In this document: positions 12,301 through 28,200 of the stretch, piece by piece
How positions within the stretch are numbered: position 1 is the first letter of the stretch
Layout of the letters: every line of letters begins with the position of its first letter
Source of the DNA: Choristocarpus tenellus KU-1152
Taxonomy: Eukaryota; Protista; Phaeophyceae
Direction of reading: 5' to 3'
DNA: 48,209 nt
Assembly (NCBI GenBank): GCA_964200185.2
Contig: CAXNAD020000014.1
Coordinates: 1 to 48,209, forward strand
The notes under the pieces: generated by a model
What the model was told of the DNA's origin: nothing
The model's input: the letters and a program-made list of their open reading frames with translations, nothing else
The model's database searches: none
Translations under genes and position numbers: made by a program

Positions 12301-15300
12301 ACACAAGTAATCCCAATGGCTCAATTTAATAAACAAGCTTATTTCATTGGGTCTACTACAGAAATAGACTTTATTCCATCGATCGATCACTTAAAATAAG
12401 CTTGTACCATTGGTCTATAGCACTTTCATAATTTAAAATCATATTGCGATCACAATGACTATCTATTGTTGCAAATCTTAGACATGCAACTACTATGGTG
12501 TCAACAGGGGCAAAATATTATGTGTCGATGATTAACAGCAGTGTTTAAAGGACCCCCAAAAAATTACAGAGGGGAAGCGGAAACAAAGTGACTGTCTGCT
12601 TCTGCTTTGGTCCAAGTTCAACCATGAACTTGGTATGATACCACGGGGGCATGACTGTAAAATGATCTGGACATCAAATTGCCAAATCATGGCATCAGAA
12701 TCCAGATACAAGCAACTGCTGTACTATTACACATCACATTACACCACCAAATGCATTCCTCTCCAAATACATAGATACAATAGCAGCACTGGTCGCCTGC
12801 TATACTTTTACTAGTAATGATTGAGAAGACCACTCCCTAACCCCAAGCCCAACATAAGTAATCAAGATCAAACCCTAACCCCAAGCATACACAATGTTGA
12901 AACAACACACTGCCTACGGTGGGGGAAAAGCAGGAACAACATTGCCGTCCAAAAAACAGAAAAAAAACAAAACAAAACCCTCACAGAGCCCTAACCCTGA
13001 ATAGAAACGGCAATGTCTGCACGTGCTTGAGAGGTTCGGAATTAATAGAAAGCATCAAGCATGCAAATGGCTACAGATCAGGACAGGCCATACACGGCCC
13101 ACAACGTATTCAACCACGGATAGACAGCCACGGAAGGGTAAACACTACGCCGTAACGAAAGGCGTTATTGTTAGGTAGAGCGATATCAAAGTACTGTTAA
13201 TGCCACTCTAAAAGAAAAATCAAGCGGACAGAATCTTAACAAAAATAACAAAAAAAATAAATATATATGGTAAGACTTTACACCTACAGCAACATAAACC
13301 GAAGAGGTAAATGTTGTTGTACTAGAGCTAAGAATTATAGTGAGTCAGAGCAATCGAGAGAGGTAGGTAGCTATGGTTGAATTGTAAGGATGTCGACAAA
13401 TAGGTGCAAAATTCAGTTGTTTTCTTACAAACGTGTTTTAGGAGATTTTGTGAGTCGTTGTTGTGGGAAAAGTTTATAAAAACAGAGAAATAAACGCTCT
13501 GAAGGCGGAACTTAGAACTTCATCCACAAAAATCGGGTGAATCGCAAAAGATCGAAAAACAGACCTGAAATTCAAAGAACCTGGGTGGGTACCTCTCATT
13601 TACTTTGTGTCGCTGGTGACAAAAAAAGTCACTGCTACACCAAGACCAGAAAAAAGAAGAAGAGTGTGATAATAGCAATAATAATATATTAGCATCAACA
13701 CTGTGTGGGTATTCCATTGAAGGAGAGAGATGGGCATGTAAAAAAACGCCTGCGATGACAATTTCCTATCCATGAGGAAAAAAGTGATAACTTTTCATAG
13801 TAGATCTAATATATTGAATTGTACCCTCTACACCAACTTGGAAAAATGTTGTATTGCAGGAAATGAAACAAAAAAATTAAATGACTCTGTGGCATCCTAT
13901 TGGACCGTAAGTGGCTGCATAGTGCTCTGGAAGGCAATGGGATTGCTCTTGGCTAGCATCAACATCAGGCATGGTTGAAAAAAAATGTTTGCACTATCTG
14001 TCACCACACTCAGTACACACTATAGGTCAAATCAAATTGCAACTGACAACCATCAAGTTCTCCCCCACCAGCCACCACGTGTTACAACGTGTTACAAATG
14101 AACATGAGATGAATATACACATGATGCTACATAAAATGAATAGGTATACAATGTAACAAACCTCACCAACTGCAGTATTTCTCCAAGATTATCCAACATC
14201 TCCTGCCTCTTTGCTGCCTTGCCGAACCGAGGCATCTCCTCACGCAGATAGCTGATATCCCCCAACAACCCATAAGACAGAGGCATCAATACCGTATCAC
14301 TTTTTCTTAAGGAGTTTTACAAGAAGTCACAACACACATCGACTCCGAACACAAGAATGAGACAGGTCCCACAAAATTAAAAAAAAGTGACTTGAAGCAC
14401 GTGCCCAGATAAAAGTAGATGGTCATTACGTCATTTAAAGCAAATCGCAAAGGCCACTAAGAAATATTCTAAGAGACTTTACTCCCTGGTGACAATACAT
14501 TATACCTCCCAGTCTATCCCTCACAACGTTGGGGGGATATAGATAATTGATTGTTTAGCTACTTGTGCTTGGACATAATGGACCAGAATTTAGTCCATAT
14601 ATAACTTGGTGGCAATAAACACTACACCATTGAAGTATATACTCATAGTGAATACAAGTCTCCTGTTCAAAATAGTAGCAGTATGTTACTGTTGAACACA
14701 GTAGTTATGTACATGAGTTCTAGAAACATCAACAGTACACCAGGCAGCCACTTCCTACCCACAGCAACACAAACATGCCTGCCAAGGGAATGAAATCGTA
14801 CGGACTCTTGAAACTTTAGTGATCCCCTCAGCTACAAACAATGTATTAACTTGTGAATATCTACATGGTAGGTCTGGAGATTACTCAAGTTTAAACACAA
14901 GCTAATTCTGAGATTTTGATTTGCAAGCTCTTTAGACTTGATTAGGTTTAGCCCAAGGGTTGCTATCCCTCTCACTGTAATCAGGGACTATCTCTTCTCA
15001 GCGGGGCAGCTACTAAAGTGAGGTTGTATATCCTGGCAGGGCGTTAGCTTTTTCACAATTACATAACCATGAGAGGGATCAAATGAACAAAAGTAGCATT
15101 TCCTGAGCTACCAAGAAGGTAGTCAAGTGATCAGGGGATTGCTAAAGTTTCAAAGCTTACCTATCTTGGGATACACAAAAGATAACATAAGGTTTGTGAT
15201 TTAGAATAATTAAATTGAGATACTTCAATCAACCAGAGGATGATCAATATTGTAATACAATTTCCAATTAGTCAACAATCTTGTCATGCATATATATATA

Positions 15301-16237
15301 TATATGCACACTGCATGATTATCCAAAAAAACTCTAGAGTGGTGCTCAACATTTCCTCTCAATCACCTAGCAGCACTCAGTGCTTTATATGCCTTACCTA
15401 CCACATTGTGTGCATGCAGGGACTCAATTGAGTACATTCTCTTTATCGTAGCCGATTCAAAAGTGATAATCATAATTTTGGCTATTTAACAACTTATCCT
15501 AAACGAAAAACTGGAAGATAAATCATCTACAAAGAAGACTGGGATTTTCTTGGTATTTGAATTTTGTATACTGTAAGAGGTAGCAGTATGAGTAAATTAT
15601 TAAAAGGGGATGGCACCAAGCTCTGCAAAAACCGGTTCATTCCTAGCACCATTCGGTGAGAGCTGTTTCTAAGAAGAGAAAAAAAGAGACTGAAGATGCT
15701 GATGACATTGGGGTGGTAAGGATCTTTCCTCTCCCACCAAAAAATCATTCTTTGCCATTTGACAAAATAAGACATTATGCCATCATAATTATTGAAAAAA
15801 ACAAAAATGGCAATGTTTAATTGATGCAAAAGAGTTGCAACTTAACCCTAATCCTAACAGGGGATATAACAGTTCCAACTACAAAAAAGATCAATATTAA
15901 CACAACCACGGTTTACAAAATAAACAGTATTCTGAGTGGGATTTGAACCTCTTACTGTTTGAGGCTTCTGTCACCCATGAGTACACCCTGAGTATAAAAC
16001 CACCTCCTACGACCTCATCCCTAAAGGTGGGAGGGAGGACCAACAATATACTGACAATAGCACCTTCCAGTGACACCCAACACCAAGAGCAGTTATTAAC
16101 AAGTAATTAACTCTAACCTTAAGACTTTTCAATAAATAAAAATTATACAGTGTTTACTACAGTATACAATGGCCCTTCAACTACTGCACCTACTAAATAA
16201 AAACAATACTTGAGGGGAGAAATATTGAGAAAATTCA

Positions 16238-16277
<40 letters not shown>

Positions 16278-19200
16278 GGTTAAAAATCACTCACCAGACA
16301 ACGTCGTGGATTCAATTATCAGTGGCACTGTGATTACATCCTCTGGTTTGTCAGAGTCACGTCATGGGGCATTACCTTCCTTACATACAAACTAATGACC
16401 AAGAGTATGCTGAAAGGATAGGAGAGGTAAGTTGTAGGTTTGACAAATGAAGGGCTGGCAGATCCCAATACAATATCAGCAAGGCATAAACACAAGTTTT
16501 AGACAAGCAGATGGATGAGTATATCGAACCCACAGGTCAGGTCAGTCCAGGCATAAGTGCATACAAAGCCAAAACAATATCGAAATCAATGGCATTACAG
16601 ATGTGAACCAAGAGAGTTTGCGAATTACAAATATACTTGATTACTACTATTAATTTATATAATTGACTACCATTATTGATATATATATATATATATATAT
16701 ATAATTGATTACTATTATTAATTTATATACTTGATTACTATTATTGATTTATATAATTGACTCAGCTATTGATTTTAGGTTATGGTGCACAGCTGGCGAG
16801 CAGTGCAGTCATGAGAAGATAGGGTCCCCTGACTTGTGAGGGTATCCCACCAGAGGCGAAGAATACAAACAAGAACTCATGGAGGCGTGTGCACACGCAG
16901 GTGACGCTTGGAACAACAGAAAAAAATGGTCTGAAAATATTGGGTTATCAGCTACCATAATTGATCAAGTGCTACTGATTGTAATTTGCACTATTTCACA
17001 ACTCTACATGGTGATAATAGTAACAATGATTCTTGGAGTACGATGTTGGTAGTAAACACAAATTATGGTAAAATCTCATGCTGGTGGTACATACAAGGCA
17101 AGGTGGCTTGAGTACTCCATTTAAAGTGAGTGTGTCAAGACACTTTTTTTAAGGTCCAATTTTTTTTTTTTTTAATACAGTGCTTGTAAAATACATTCCG
17201 TACCTGGATATTGTAGGTATTGTTGAAACTGAAGTCAATGCCACCATAAAGACCACTTCTGATCAATCGAATACACTTCTTGAAATTCAAAGTACATGAC
17301 TCTTGCTGACCCAGATAGCGGATTTGAGGGCATTTTAAGTGCTTTTACAGCATGTATACTACACTCAGTGCCCTTCCAATCTGCAAAAATAAATAAATAC
17401 ACAATCTACACAAAATAGATGTTGCCAAACAATGAAAAGGCAAAATATTATTATATGCCCATAAGAACAGCTCCTTGGGTCAATACAATTTACTACGACA
17501 GCATCATTCAAGGTCTGCCTCATGTGGTGAGTGCAGCAAACCACTGTTCCTTGGTACAACCTGGCTGTATCAGTACCAGTACCAGTACCAGTACCAGTAC
17601 CAGTACCAGTACCCCCCACACAGTACCAATAAGCGATAGTCATTGGTTCAGTTACAATGGGACACCACTACACTACTAAAACCGGACAAACAGGCATCAG
17701 ATTTTACAAAGGGGGAGTTAACAACCTGTTTGGAATGGCTTAACTCAACAAGCAAGAAAGAAACAAGGCACACACAGTACGTAGAGAAGTTATTGTAGTG
17801 TATAATAATAGCAACAACAAAAAAAAATGATGACCATGACAACAACTACACATACACACCTTAAGATGCACGCCTCGGTCTTAACCATCTTGGTACGTTT
17901 AATAACCCCATTGATCTTGCGAATTGCAGAAAGCCTCGGAAGATTGACCAACTCTTGGGTGAGTGAGTCCTGATCTGCCTCGAAGAGGCGGTGGTGAGCC
18001 TGGCATCAACAAACATGCGACAAAAACGTTATTGTTATTGTTAGGAAGTCAATTCAACAGCCAGTGCAAAGGTGCTCTGGTCCCACTGGTAACGCTACAT
18101 GTAAAACTCGACAAGGGTGCTTCAATCCACTGTAAACACACCTCTACAAAATGCAACCCAAACCCTCAAACCAAAACGCGTGTCCAGATATGAGCCATGA
18201 AACGTTTTTTCATCCCAAATGTCACCATCGTTTTCTCATAGCAATATACCTAATATATCAAAATAGACTTCACAGTATTTCTATCTGCTTCCTGTGTACT
18301 GAATACTTGATTAATAACTTGCTGATTAATGGAGTTTACTAAAACGGACACATAGAACATACTATGGTATTGTTCAACCAAGAACAGTACATCTTTCTAA
18401 TACTAAAATGAAAATCAAACTACTCTAATATATCCAAACATGAAAATCTTAACTCCACCAGACTCCTCTCTCTCTCTAAAGAAACATCCGCAACAGTTCT
18501 CGCTTATTCTTTCAAAACAAGAACAAATACACACAACCTATCACTACAGGGCACAGAAAGTAGAACTGAAGATTAACTTTGTGACTCTTGATGGAAGAGA
18601 GAGTGTCTGCAAATGCAGATATTCATTCTTTCCCTGCCATGAGAGGGAATAGGAAATTGTAATTAGAAATGGGAAGTGGGATACTTTGAAAAACCCAAAC
18701 CCATGAAAAATAATACAAATGTTAAAAAAGCAAAACAAGTTAGGACTACTATTGTGATATAGCAGGTATAATGTGTTAATATGCCTCACCTAGTAATACT
18801 ACTACTACTACTGCTAAACTATTACCGGTGGGCATCAAAATCGGTTTCTAGGGCGTTTAACTTTTTTCACTCTTGCAAGGGACAAAATTTCATTTTGCAA
18901 GTCACTCTTCACCACATCACTATTGGAGCCCTCAAAATCTATTGAGGGTGAGTATTGCATCGGAAAGATCAGGATGTTGGCATCCCACAAGGATACTTTT
19001 CATTCTGCAAGGGAGAAACATATCCCAGAGGTTGTACAGATGTGCCTAGAGGTCAGTTGGGAGACTGACTGATCGAGTTGGGAACAATCTTGACTTGATG
19101 ACATCCAATGAAGCAACAGATCCTTCCGTGTGGTAGCTGAGAACCTTGATTTAAGGGAATTACCACTGTTCAAAGTCGTTCATGAGATACCAGTGATCCT

Positions 19201-22200
19201 TCACAGGGTTATCACAATTGGGGTTCTGATGACTTTGCAACAGCCTGGATCATGGGAAGCGCAACCTTGGAAAGAACGTGAGCAAAGGGAAAAATGTGTG
19301 AAAGGGTAAGAACATGAAGGCTGAGTTGCTAGCTTTAAGTGTCTAGAGGAACAAGGTGAAGCTGAAGAAAACTGAATAGGATCAAGAGAGTGACCTGACG
19401 GAGGAGACCCTCATTTCTCTCCCTTGGATAGAGGACGACGAAGGGTGATATCCCCTAAGTGATAAGAGATTGAGGAGGATGTAGAAGAGAGTGATGGAGA
19501 GCAGGAGGAAGAGGATGGAGAGATGGCAGCCTGTGTAGAGATTAAAAGGAATAATGATCCTGAGCGAGCTCAAAACACTTCAATGCTTCATTCCTTCAGC
19601 AGTCCAAACATCCAATGAACATCAAGACCTCAAAGGCAGTCCCACACAGTCACATGCTGGGGTACAAATAATTTAGTGTCTACCATGACCAAAATGAACC
19701 AAATACTTGGGCTCTCTTTGAGTTTTCATACCTTACATGTTAAATTCCTGAAAATACTATACTGCCACCCAAACAGTAAATCCTCTATATCTTGAGTCCT
19801 GTACCACTCCAATCAGCACCACCTATACCCACACAAGTGTCTTAACATAAGCTTTCTCCCAGAATATGCTTCTCACCTAACACAAAAAAGGCTTCTTTTG
19901 CCGATGATGTGTAATTTCTACCCCATCCCAACAATCTCAAAACACCTACAATAGCCTCATACCTTGTGCTACCTATTGAAATTCAACTTCCCAAATATAC
20001 CAGCAGGTGCCTGCTGCCCTGAAGCTTTCACCTCATACACATTTAATCTGATTTGGGCAAGAAGTGCAAACGTTGCGACCACATTTCTTCTATCAGTTCC
20101 TTCCTACTATTTCCCCAAATAATAAAAAAGAGATGAAATTCCTGATTGCGACCCCCCCCCCAAAAAAAACCCCATAACAAAACCTAAAAACAAAAGAGAA
20201 TGAAAAAATTCTGTATGTGACACCGACAAGACCCAGCGAGCAAAGTAATATATATATATATATATTCTTAGGGTATCTCCAGTACTATTTGTAATACTGT
20301 AGTGTATTGGGTCTCGTATACTCATGTGTCAAGAATCGTACACAAGAGATGGCGCTCCACTTCTCAATGTCCACTTATGTAAGCGGTCTCTTCATCAGAT
20401 CCTCAAAAACTGTTGTTTTGTTTCAGACTTGGAAAGCAGGTCAGAGGAACACCTCCACTGGAAACCTCTCAGGGTTAGGGTTAGCCTCTGTTTGAGAGTC
20501 CTTGCCATTTGTGTTGTGAAGTACGGTTACTGAATTGCTACGATTCGATACAAGCACAACTATCATCTCAACCAAATTGAGTGGCAGCTTCCGATTGGTT
20601 CATTCTTGCATTGCAGTTTCCATCTGACTGGCCTACTGGAACAGTGGTACATCAATGCTTCACAACTGCACTCCTTGTTCATAGATTGTACATATATTAC
20701 TTTTGCATTGTGGAAGTACTTTATCCAAAGTTCACAGGACCGATTTTTCTTCTTCTTTGGCTTCAACACCATCAACGTACTGATAACAACAAAACAACCC
20801 CAACCCTAATCCTAACAAGGATATGATGCACTCATTTACCAGTAGTAACAGATACCCCTCGAAAGGAAAAAATGTACGCCAATCGAATAGCCCAAACGGA
20901 AAAACTAAACCAATAGGACAATCGTACTTACATTGTGCTTCAACTCTTGGTCCCAGAAGCTGCCAACGTAGACCCTGACAACTTCAGGGTTGTTGAAGAC
21001 CTTACCCATGGACCACATCAGAGAACCGTACACCTATACATCATAGGCAATCCAGGGAGGGTACCATCATATTTGGAACACAGCAAAAAAAATACTTACA
21101 AACATGGCAATAACACAGTTTCAGATAGTCATAAATATAGTATAAACATCATAGTCAAGACCTTGATAGGTGTTAGCATCTGTAAAGTGTACTCTTAACT
21201 CCAACTTAGATCATCATCCCTCTAGCATTGTCCACAAATAAATAGGAGTCACAAGGTGTGTACGCATGCTTCATGTTCTACATTTACTTCATCGTCATAT
21301 TCAGTTGGGATGCAACCACCTCACCAATACTGTTTACTAATACTGTCTGCTGTGGTAAAAAAAAAGCAGACAATGTACAAATGGACAGCATTCTACTCAA
21401 AGTACACCTATGCATGTATCTTATCTATTATCAGGATCTTCAAATTTATCTGAGGGTACCGTCTTACTTCTACATCATGATTATTACATAACTATCTTCA
21501 CAATAGTCTGACAGGTCTCAGACCTAGGTCAACCAACAAGTTAGCGCAGAGGAGAAAAAAAGTAAAATAAAATGTGAAGTACAAACAAAGCAAAAAATAT
21601 GAAAAACTCAACGGAAGTGGTGAGAGAGTTCCTGTCACTGCATTACGCATACAGAGAGTAACCCCAACCCTAACCCCAACCCTAATACGCACTAAACACC
21701 AACCGGGGGAGAAGAGACCGTCATCCACACCATCAGCACTACCAGTGTACAAGGTAAAACATCAGGGGCTTAACAATCAATTCTACTAATACAATCCATA
21801 TTGCATCATCAACCAAAGTGTTGTGATCCATGGCACTCTGGATTATCATTTTTTTTCCCTATTTTAGACACGGCATTACTGTGTGTTTTGAAGTAGAGTT
21901 GGGCTTAGATGAATGTAAAATACGGCTGTGACAGAAATAGCCAACACCATACTATCTATACCTTACACTGTCCTAGATATACCTCACACTGTCATATCAA
22001 CCCACCAATCCTCTCACCAAAATTAGTTGGCACCGTCTCTAATCTGTAATAGTTTATCAAGAAGGAAGTGCCTTTTTAAAATATTGGAGTCCTGGTTGAA
22101 TCTTCGGGTATCATGTCAGTCTCAAACAAAAAACTAAACATCAATCGACAAGACAATGAAAGCTAAAGCATATCCCCAACTCTAACCCTTGCAGACAAAT

Positions 22201-25200
22201 TACACTTGTGAATAATCCAAGCAAAATTAGCAGAACCTGTGATATCTTCCTAGCAATAGCAATAGTACTACTTGCATGCGTTTGCAGAAAAAGATATTGA
22301 AAATGTCAGTGTACTACATGAATCTCATGATTAAATATTGTCAGCAAGGACCATTTCTTTCCCTCTCACCCTCATGAGCTTGGCCCTGTCGATCTGATCA
22401 GCCTTGTTGAGAACAATCCTAACCTTGTCCTGATAATCCACAAGGCGTGCGAGGATCTGACTTGGGGGTTAGGGCTATAGTTTGCACTTGGTTTTACACT
22501 TGGATAGTAACAGATTCTTGGATCAGAGTTGGAGTTACAGTTCGTATCAGCAAAATAAATAGGATAATAAAAATATACTGTATGACTACAACTATAAAGC
22601 CTGTTCATGGTATTTTCAGCAAAGCTTGGAACACCCCTGATCTGCCACATTTTTGGTCAGCAGAAATCTGGGACTTGTTGGACTATCATATACAGCATTT
22701 AGATGATAGAGTTAGGTTTAGAAATGAGGTCATTCACAGAGTGCACAGTAATAGTTGATTCAATTAACTTGAGTGAATAAAAAAATACTGCAAACATGGG
22801 AACCTGATTGGGGCAGGGCGGACTAGATTTTATTCCTCCATATTTTATTTCTTTCTTTCTAACATCCAACTCCCTCTCCCAATGCCTTGTTACTATTAAG
22901 CGAATGTCCTTGGAGGCTTAACAGGCTTGCTGTGGAAACTTGATTGATCAATAAAGTGTGCTTCAACCAAGCCAGTAGGTTGCACTCACCAAGAAAAGAC
23001 CTACCGTGCCCTACATAAACATTATCATAAACATTATCAGTATGTTTCGATTCTTATCGCAAGTGCATTGATACGTTTTCTAACAGTCCAAAATACTACC
23101 ACTCTTGAGAAAATAACTTCAACCCAAGTAGGTTTCGAGGTAAAAGGATACGAGGGAGGTTGACATTTGGGAACAAAGCCTCCACACAATTGGCTGCATG
23201 TAGGCAGGGCCTACCTTGCCCTAGCTGTAACAAGAACCCAACCTCAACCAATAGACAACAGACCGATGCCAGCACTAAATGCACACACCCTCTTGTGACC
23301 ACAGAGCAAAAGTCCAACAATACACGTACACCCAAAGCACAATTTGTTTTACAAAAGTTGACCATTTCAACCAGCATACTGAAGTCCTATTTCAAGGCCT
23401 CTGTCAAAAGCCGCAGCTAACCTAGCTGGAAACACCATCATACTTACAAACAGATAACAAAAAAAAAATGCAACGGATTAGACTCCATTCTCTGCCTCTA
23501 ATCCAACCCTCGACTCTCTTCAAGACAGCACTATCGCCAATCGATTCCATGTTTATACCTCTCAAAAAAAGTCATTGTACAGAAAAAAAACAAAAAGTAC
23601 AGCTATTAGTATCACTACCATTATACAATCTTCAGATGGGGATGTGATATCATAGAGGAGGTAAAAAAAAACTCACGGTGGATAAGTGGAAATCAATCAA
23701 TACACGTAGGTCCTATCACTGCACAAGCCACTATTAATAGCACCCAGAATCAAACACATCTACTTAACATCACCAGAATCAAACATTAGTACCACAGTAA
23801 AATAGCACCAGTACCTCCATGAGCTCATCGCTGACGTCAAGCTTGTGGGCATCAAATAGGAGCAGGATCATGTCTGATCTGTCCCCAAACCAACGGGCAA
23901 CCTTTTCATGACATATTGCACACAATAGAGCACAGAACAGCCAAGAAAGAACAGAAGGGGGATGGGATGGGATGGGATGGGGTGTACATTCTAAAAACAA
24001 CGATTTCCTTTCAAGTAGTGATTCAATATCAAAAACCATTTAAAAGCGAAATCAACAAATAAGAATATTAAATAATAAAAAAAAAGCCACAAACAGATAA
24101 TGTTCATGTTAGTTCTTACAATACAAGCTAAGAGAGCAGGCAAGAAGAAATGCGATACAAGTGTAAAAACAATATCCAGTAGATACTGTACCCATACATG
24201 TCAAAGCTACAAGGTACTTGAGTGTTGCCCATTAAGAAGCGAGCCTACCCTTGACCCTAGAAAAAACTCGTACAACCTACAATATCAACCTAAAACTCTG
24301 CTAATATTAAATGCACCAGTCAAATTGTATTATCATAGTATCGTGAGGGATTGATTGGAAAAAACAGTCTTTAGAACTTCGATTCATCAAAAATAATATT
24401 GACACAGTTGGAGATAAACAAGGTTGAAGGTAAATCATGCCTCCCATGTCAATACCAACATACCCTTGTGATACAACCAACCATGCTGCACTAGGCAGTA
24501 CCAAAACACCATTATGATACTTTGTTACACCAACCAAGAAACAAAACATTTAACTACCAAAAGTGAACAAAATTAAACGTTACAAGACACACCAAAAACA
24601 CCAACACACCATGCGTGCTGTGATAATTCTAATGTTCTACCACTTTGCAAGGGTTAGGGTTAGGGATATTCGAGAGTGTGCAAGAAGCCGTTTACAATAA
24701 CAATATTGGGTTGTACCTTTTAAGATCATATCGAAATCCTAGTCAATCAGTATTCATTTTATTATTATTTTCTGTCGAATCAGTCTGGGGCTTATCCCAA
24801 CCCGTGGTTAGAGGAACTACACACTCCTTCCCTTCTCACACCAACTATTGTTGCACCATGACCAATTGTACTGCCTATATTCACGCCTTCCTTCTCAGTG
24901 TTTGTTCATCGCTCCCGCCACTTGTCGCTCTGTCTCCTCCCTCAAATCTTCTCCTCGATCCACCCTAAGTTTCCACCCTGATCTTAGTCTGTTATTTCTG
25001 TGGTACAGCCACAGATGTTGAGTAGTACGGATGCCTTAATCCGTTGAGGTTGCCAACAAACGGTCCTTTGTTGTTTCCATGTTGATTTCAATAATCAATA
25101 TCATATTTTGATTTCAATAATCAATACTACATGTTGATTTCAATAGTCAATACCATATTTTCATGAAACGAAGCTTGATGTTGACAGGTCTCAAAACCCA

Positions 25201-28200
25201 CGAAATTAATTCCAAGAACAGTCATAATTGACTGCTGAGCCATGAGGATGGTCACACACACACACACACACACACGCACGCGCGATATGGTGCATAGGGT
25301 GTACCCTCTATAAAAACCCTAACCCTAACCCTAACCTTTCCCACATAGGACACAACATATCAATAACCTACCACCCCATCATATAACTTTAACTCTGTTG
25401 GGGGTGCCCTGTCCCTAAACCTTCCACATTTATCACGCGAAATACATCATCATACACTCCAGTGCTTTGGCTGGATTGGACTGCCTTTGATGTAAGTACT
25501 TGTTAACATTTCTAACTAGAAATAGATACATTGGAGATTTGTGTTTCCAATGCGCAGAGAGTGCCTCTTTGCAAACCAACCTACACTCTCTCCCAATATG
25601 ATACCTGGTCCTGCCACAGCAACAGGTGCCCCCTTTTGACTCATATGCCACCTCGAAAAAAATAAATATTACAATTCAAGTGCAACAATTCTAAACAACT
25701 CTATTCTCCACTGGTTGCCCCAACGCAAAAACCCTCAACTTGGTTCACCATTAATAGTCCTTTCACACAATAGGTACAATTACACGCCCAGAATAAATGA
25801 TCAAAAAACAAAAAATATCACGATGAAAAGTAATATTGGAGTACTATCATTAATAACACACTACTCACAGGGGGGCAAAACATCCTGAACAAAACGTATT
25901 AGAACAAGCACAAATACAACAAAACAGATGCAAATACACTGAAAACGGTGTAGAGATTCCAATCTCAGACCTTTTCATGCACGTACGCCCAATGCAGACT
26001 ATGTGGAAATTTCCTTGTGGCATTGCAGGCCACACTTTGTGCGCTGAGCGAGGGTTTCGATTCCGAAGTAGCACATCCAATGTTCTTGGGGCAATATTAA
26101 TTTCTTACACTCACCAAACCTTCCAGCTCACAAGGTCAATCAAATGCATACTATGAAGATAATAACACATCAAATGTACCTCAGCAAAATTGTAAGATCG
26201 GTTCTGACTCTGCATCTGTCCTGAGAGAACGCCTGGTGTATCCACCAAGGTGATGTTTTCCAGGAATGGAGATGTGCACACCGTTCCAACCAACTTGTTC
26301 AGAAAACTGGAGGAAAGGGCAGGGCAGGGCAGGGCAGGGCAGGTCAGGGCAGATGCAAAACACAGCAACAAAATAAATAGTCACAACGATATGGGGATGA
26401 ACTCTGCGCAAGGGATGCTCTTCTTGGTTTGAAGTGTCTACTACTCTGGTACAGTACATAAAAAAAACAATAAAAACATCTCCAACACACCATCACAGGT
26501 TTATTACCACAATTCCAAACCTCATCCTGACCCCCTTCTACAGTAGCTCCCTATCCCTAACCTTCATTAGCATTATATCCAAACGCTACATAGGGTAGGG
26601 CTGCTTCTAAACGGGAGTCCAAGTGGGAGGTTAAAAAGGTCCTCATCTATCTAACCAATATTGTGCTAGTAGTGCAACATGCTAAAACTGCTGTAAGGTT
26701 ACAATCAGGACTTGAGGTTAGGGTTTTCCAATTGGCAGCCTCACTTGCCGTGAAAAAAAAATAAGACACCGGGGTCTTTTTTTTTGAGCTCCAACTACAG
26801 TACTGCATGCATTGCACAGTGGGTCCACAAGCACCATGCAGCAGAGGGGAAGTCACAGCATGTTGAACAAGGTTCAACAATTCATCTGAAGTACTTGTGC
26901 CCACACAAAAAAGATGCCTGGCTCAACGCAGGGGCAAGGATGAACTGGGACAACTCAAGCCTTAGCAACACATTCCATGTCAATGGTGAAAGCAGTCACC
27001 TCACGCCATATACGGGTCACCAAACTCTTGACCAGGCAAGCCACTGATTTGGAGAGCAGATATCAGACCACTCGATAGATTCTTGTGCCACTTTTTTTTT
27101 TGTGTTCACTACAGTGGCACAAAAAATCCTTGTATTGATACGTTTGCACGGCGAAGTGTTGCAATTCCGATTCATTTTTTCCCAAAGTGGTGCAATCCTT
27201 CCCACGTACGAGAAAATCATCTTCCATAATAAATACAAAAAAAAAGAAAAGCAGAAGCATGATGCTGACACCTCTACCTTTCAAACACACCTATGGTCGG
27301 TCTCGAACGAATTGTCCAAGGCCCTCAACGCATTAAAACCTTCCAAAGGTCTCACTCATCCATGATACAGCGAGGAGAGGTCATTAAAGTGCACGTGATG
27401 CACGATGTGGAATTAAATTACCTTTTAAAAAAAAAGAAGTAAAAAACGATGAAAATTTTAATGTTTGAGTTTCATCACCAGAATTGGAAGGGGAGTAGGA
27501 AGTATCTCAGCGCCGGCCTTTAATTTTCGCACCACTTCTCAAAATAAAAATAATCTTGTTTAGACCAGTTACGTGTTCCTGAATTCTTTGCCAGAAGCGA
27601 CTGCTTCCACTATATAAAACTTAATAAATGTTATCCCACTTAAACTCAAAATCGTCTTTTTATTTTGTAGGAGACTGTTGAGACGCCTGAGTAGCAACAT
27701 CGCAACCGAACTAGAAAAATGTTTATCCTTTTTTTTTTTTCAGGGACAATCAATTGCATCAAGATTGTACCAACAGCAGCACCTAACCCTAACCCTAACC
27801 CCAACCCTTCGAAAAGCATAATATAAATTATATACAGAATAAATTACATACAGTAATAGTACCACAGAAAAAAAGGTGAAACAATAAGTACATATAATGA
27901 AGTACACAATATAAAACAGTGTAGTGTACGAATCCTTCTTCGTCAGAGACCCATTAATCCAATGCCAGGCATAGGTCAAATTCATTGAGATACAATATCA
28001 GGTGAGGTTGAAAATTCGGATGGCTTCACACATGTGCCACATACGTTTGCCCAATCAAGAATGCCTCCCTGGTGATGAGCACCTTTACCACTTATGTAAA
28101 CATGATATGGTGTTGTCTCCCGACAGCTGTGTTATGACTATTACATCCAACCCTATCCCTAACCAGAATAGTACATCTTGCTACTGTATTGATTTTCAAA

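Noticed and set aside
18826-18862. Possible EHD micro-exon ([11 protein letters not shown])
   Set aside because: It would break the frame between the phase-0 exons at 20932 and 17999.
18880-19700. Decayed retroelement-like segment (similar segments at 33300-35350 and 40900-42600)
   Set aside because: Probably TE-derived, but no diagnostic motif could be read with confidence.
25081-25160. CRISPR-like repeat
   Set aside because: Units are contiguous with no spacers, and the context is a eukaryotic intron.
26030-26080. tRNA gene (GGTTTCGATTCC B-box-like)
   Set aside because: No acceptor stem or cloverleaf could be formed.
27290-27360. Exon-like [21 protein letters not shown] with a GT donor on the minus strand
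   Set aside because: The flanking EHD exons join in phase without it, and it looks like repeat-derived sequence.
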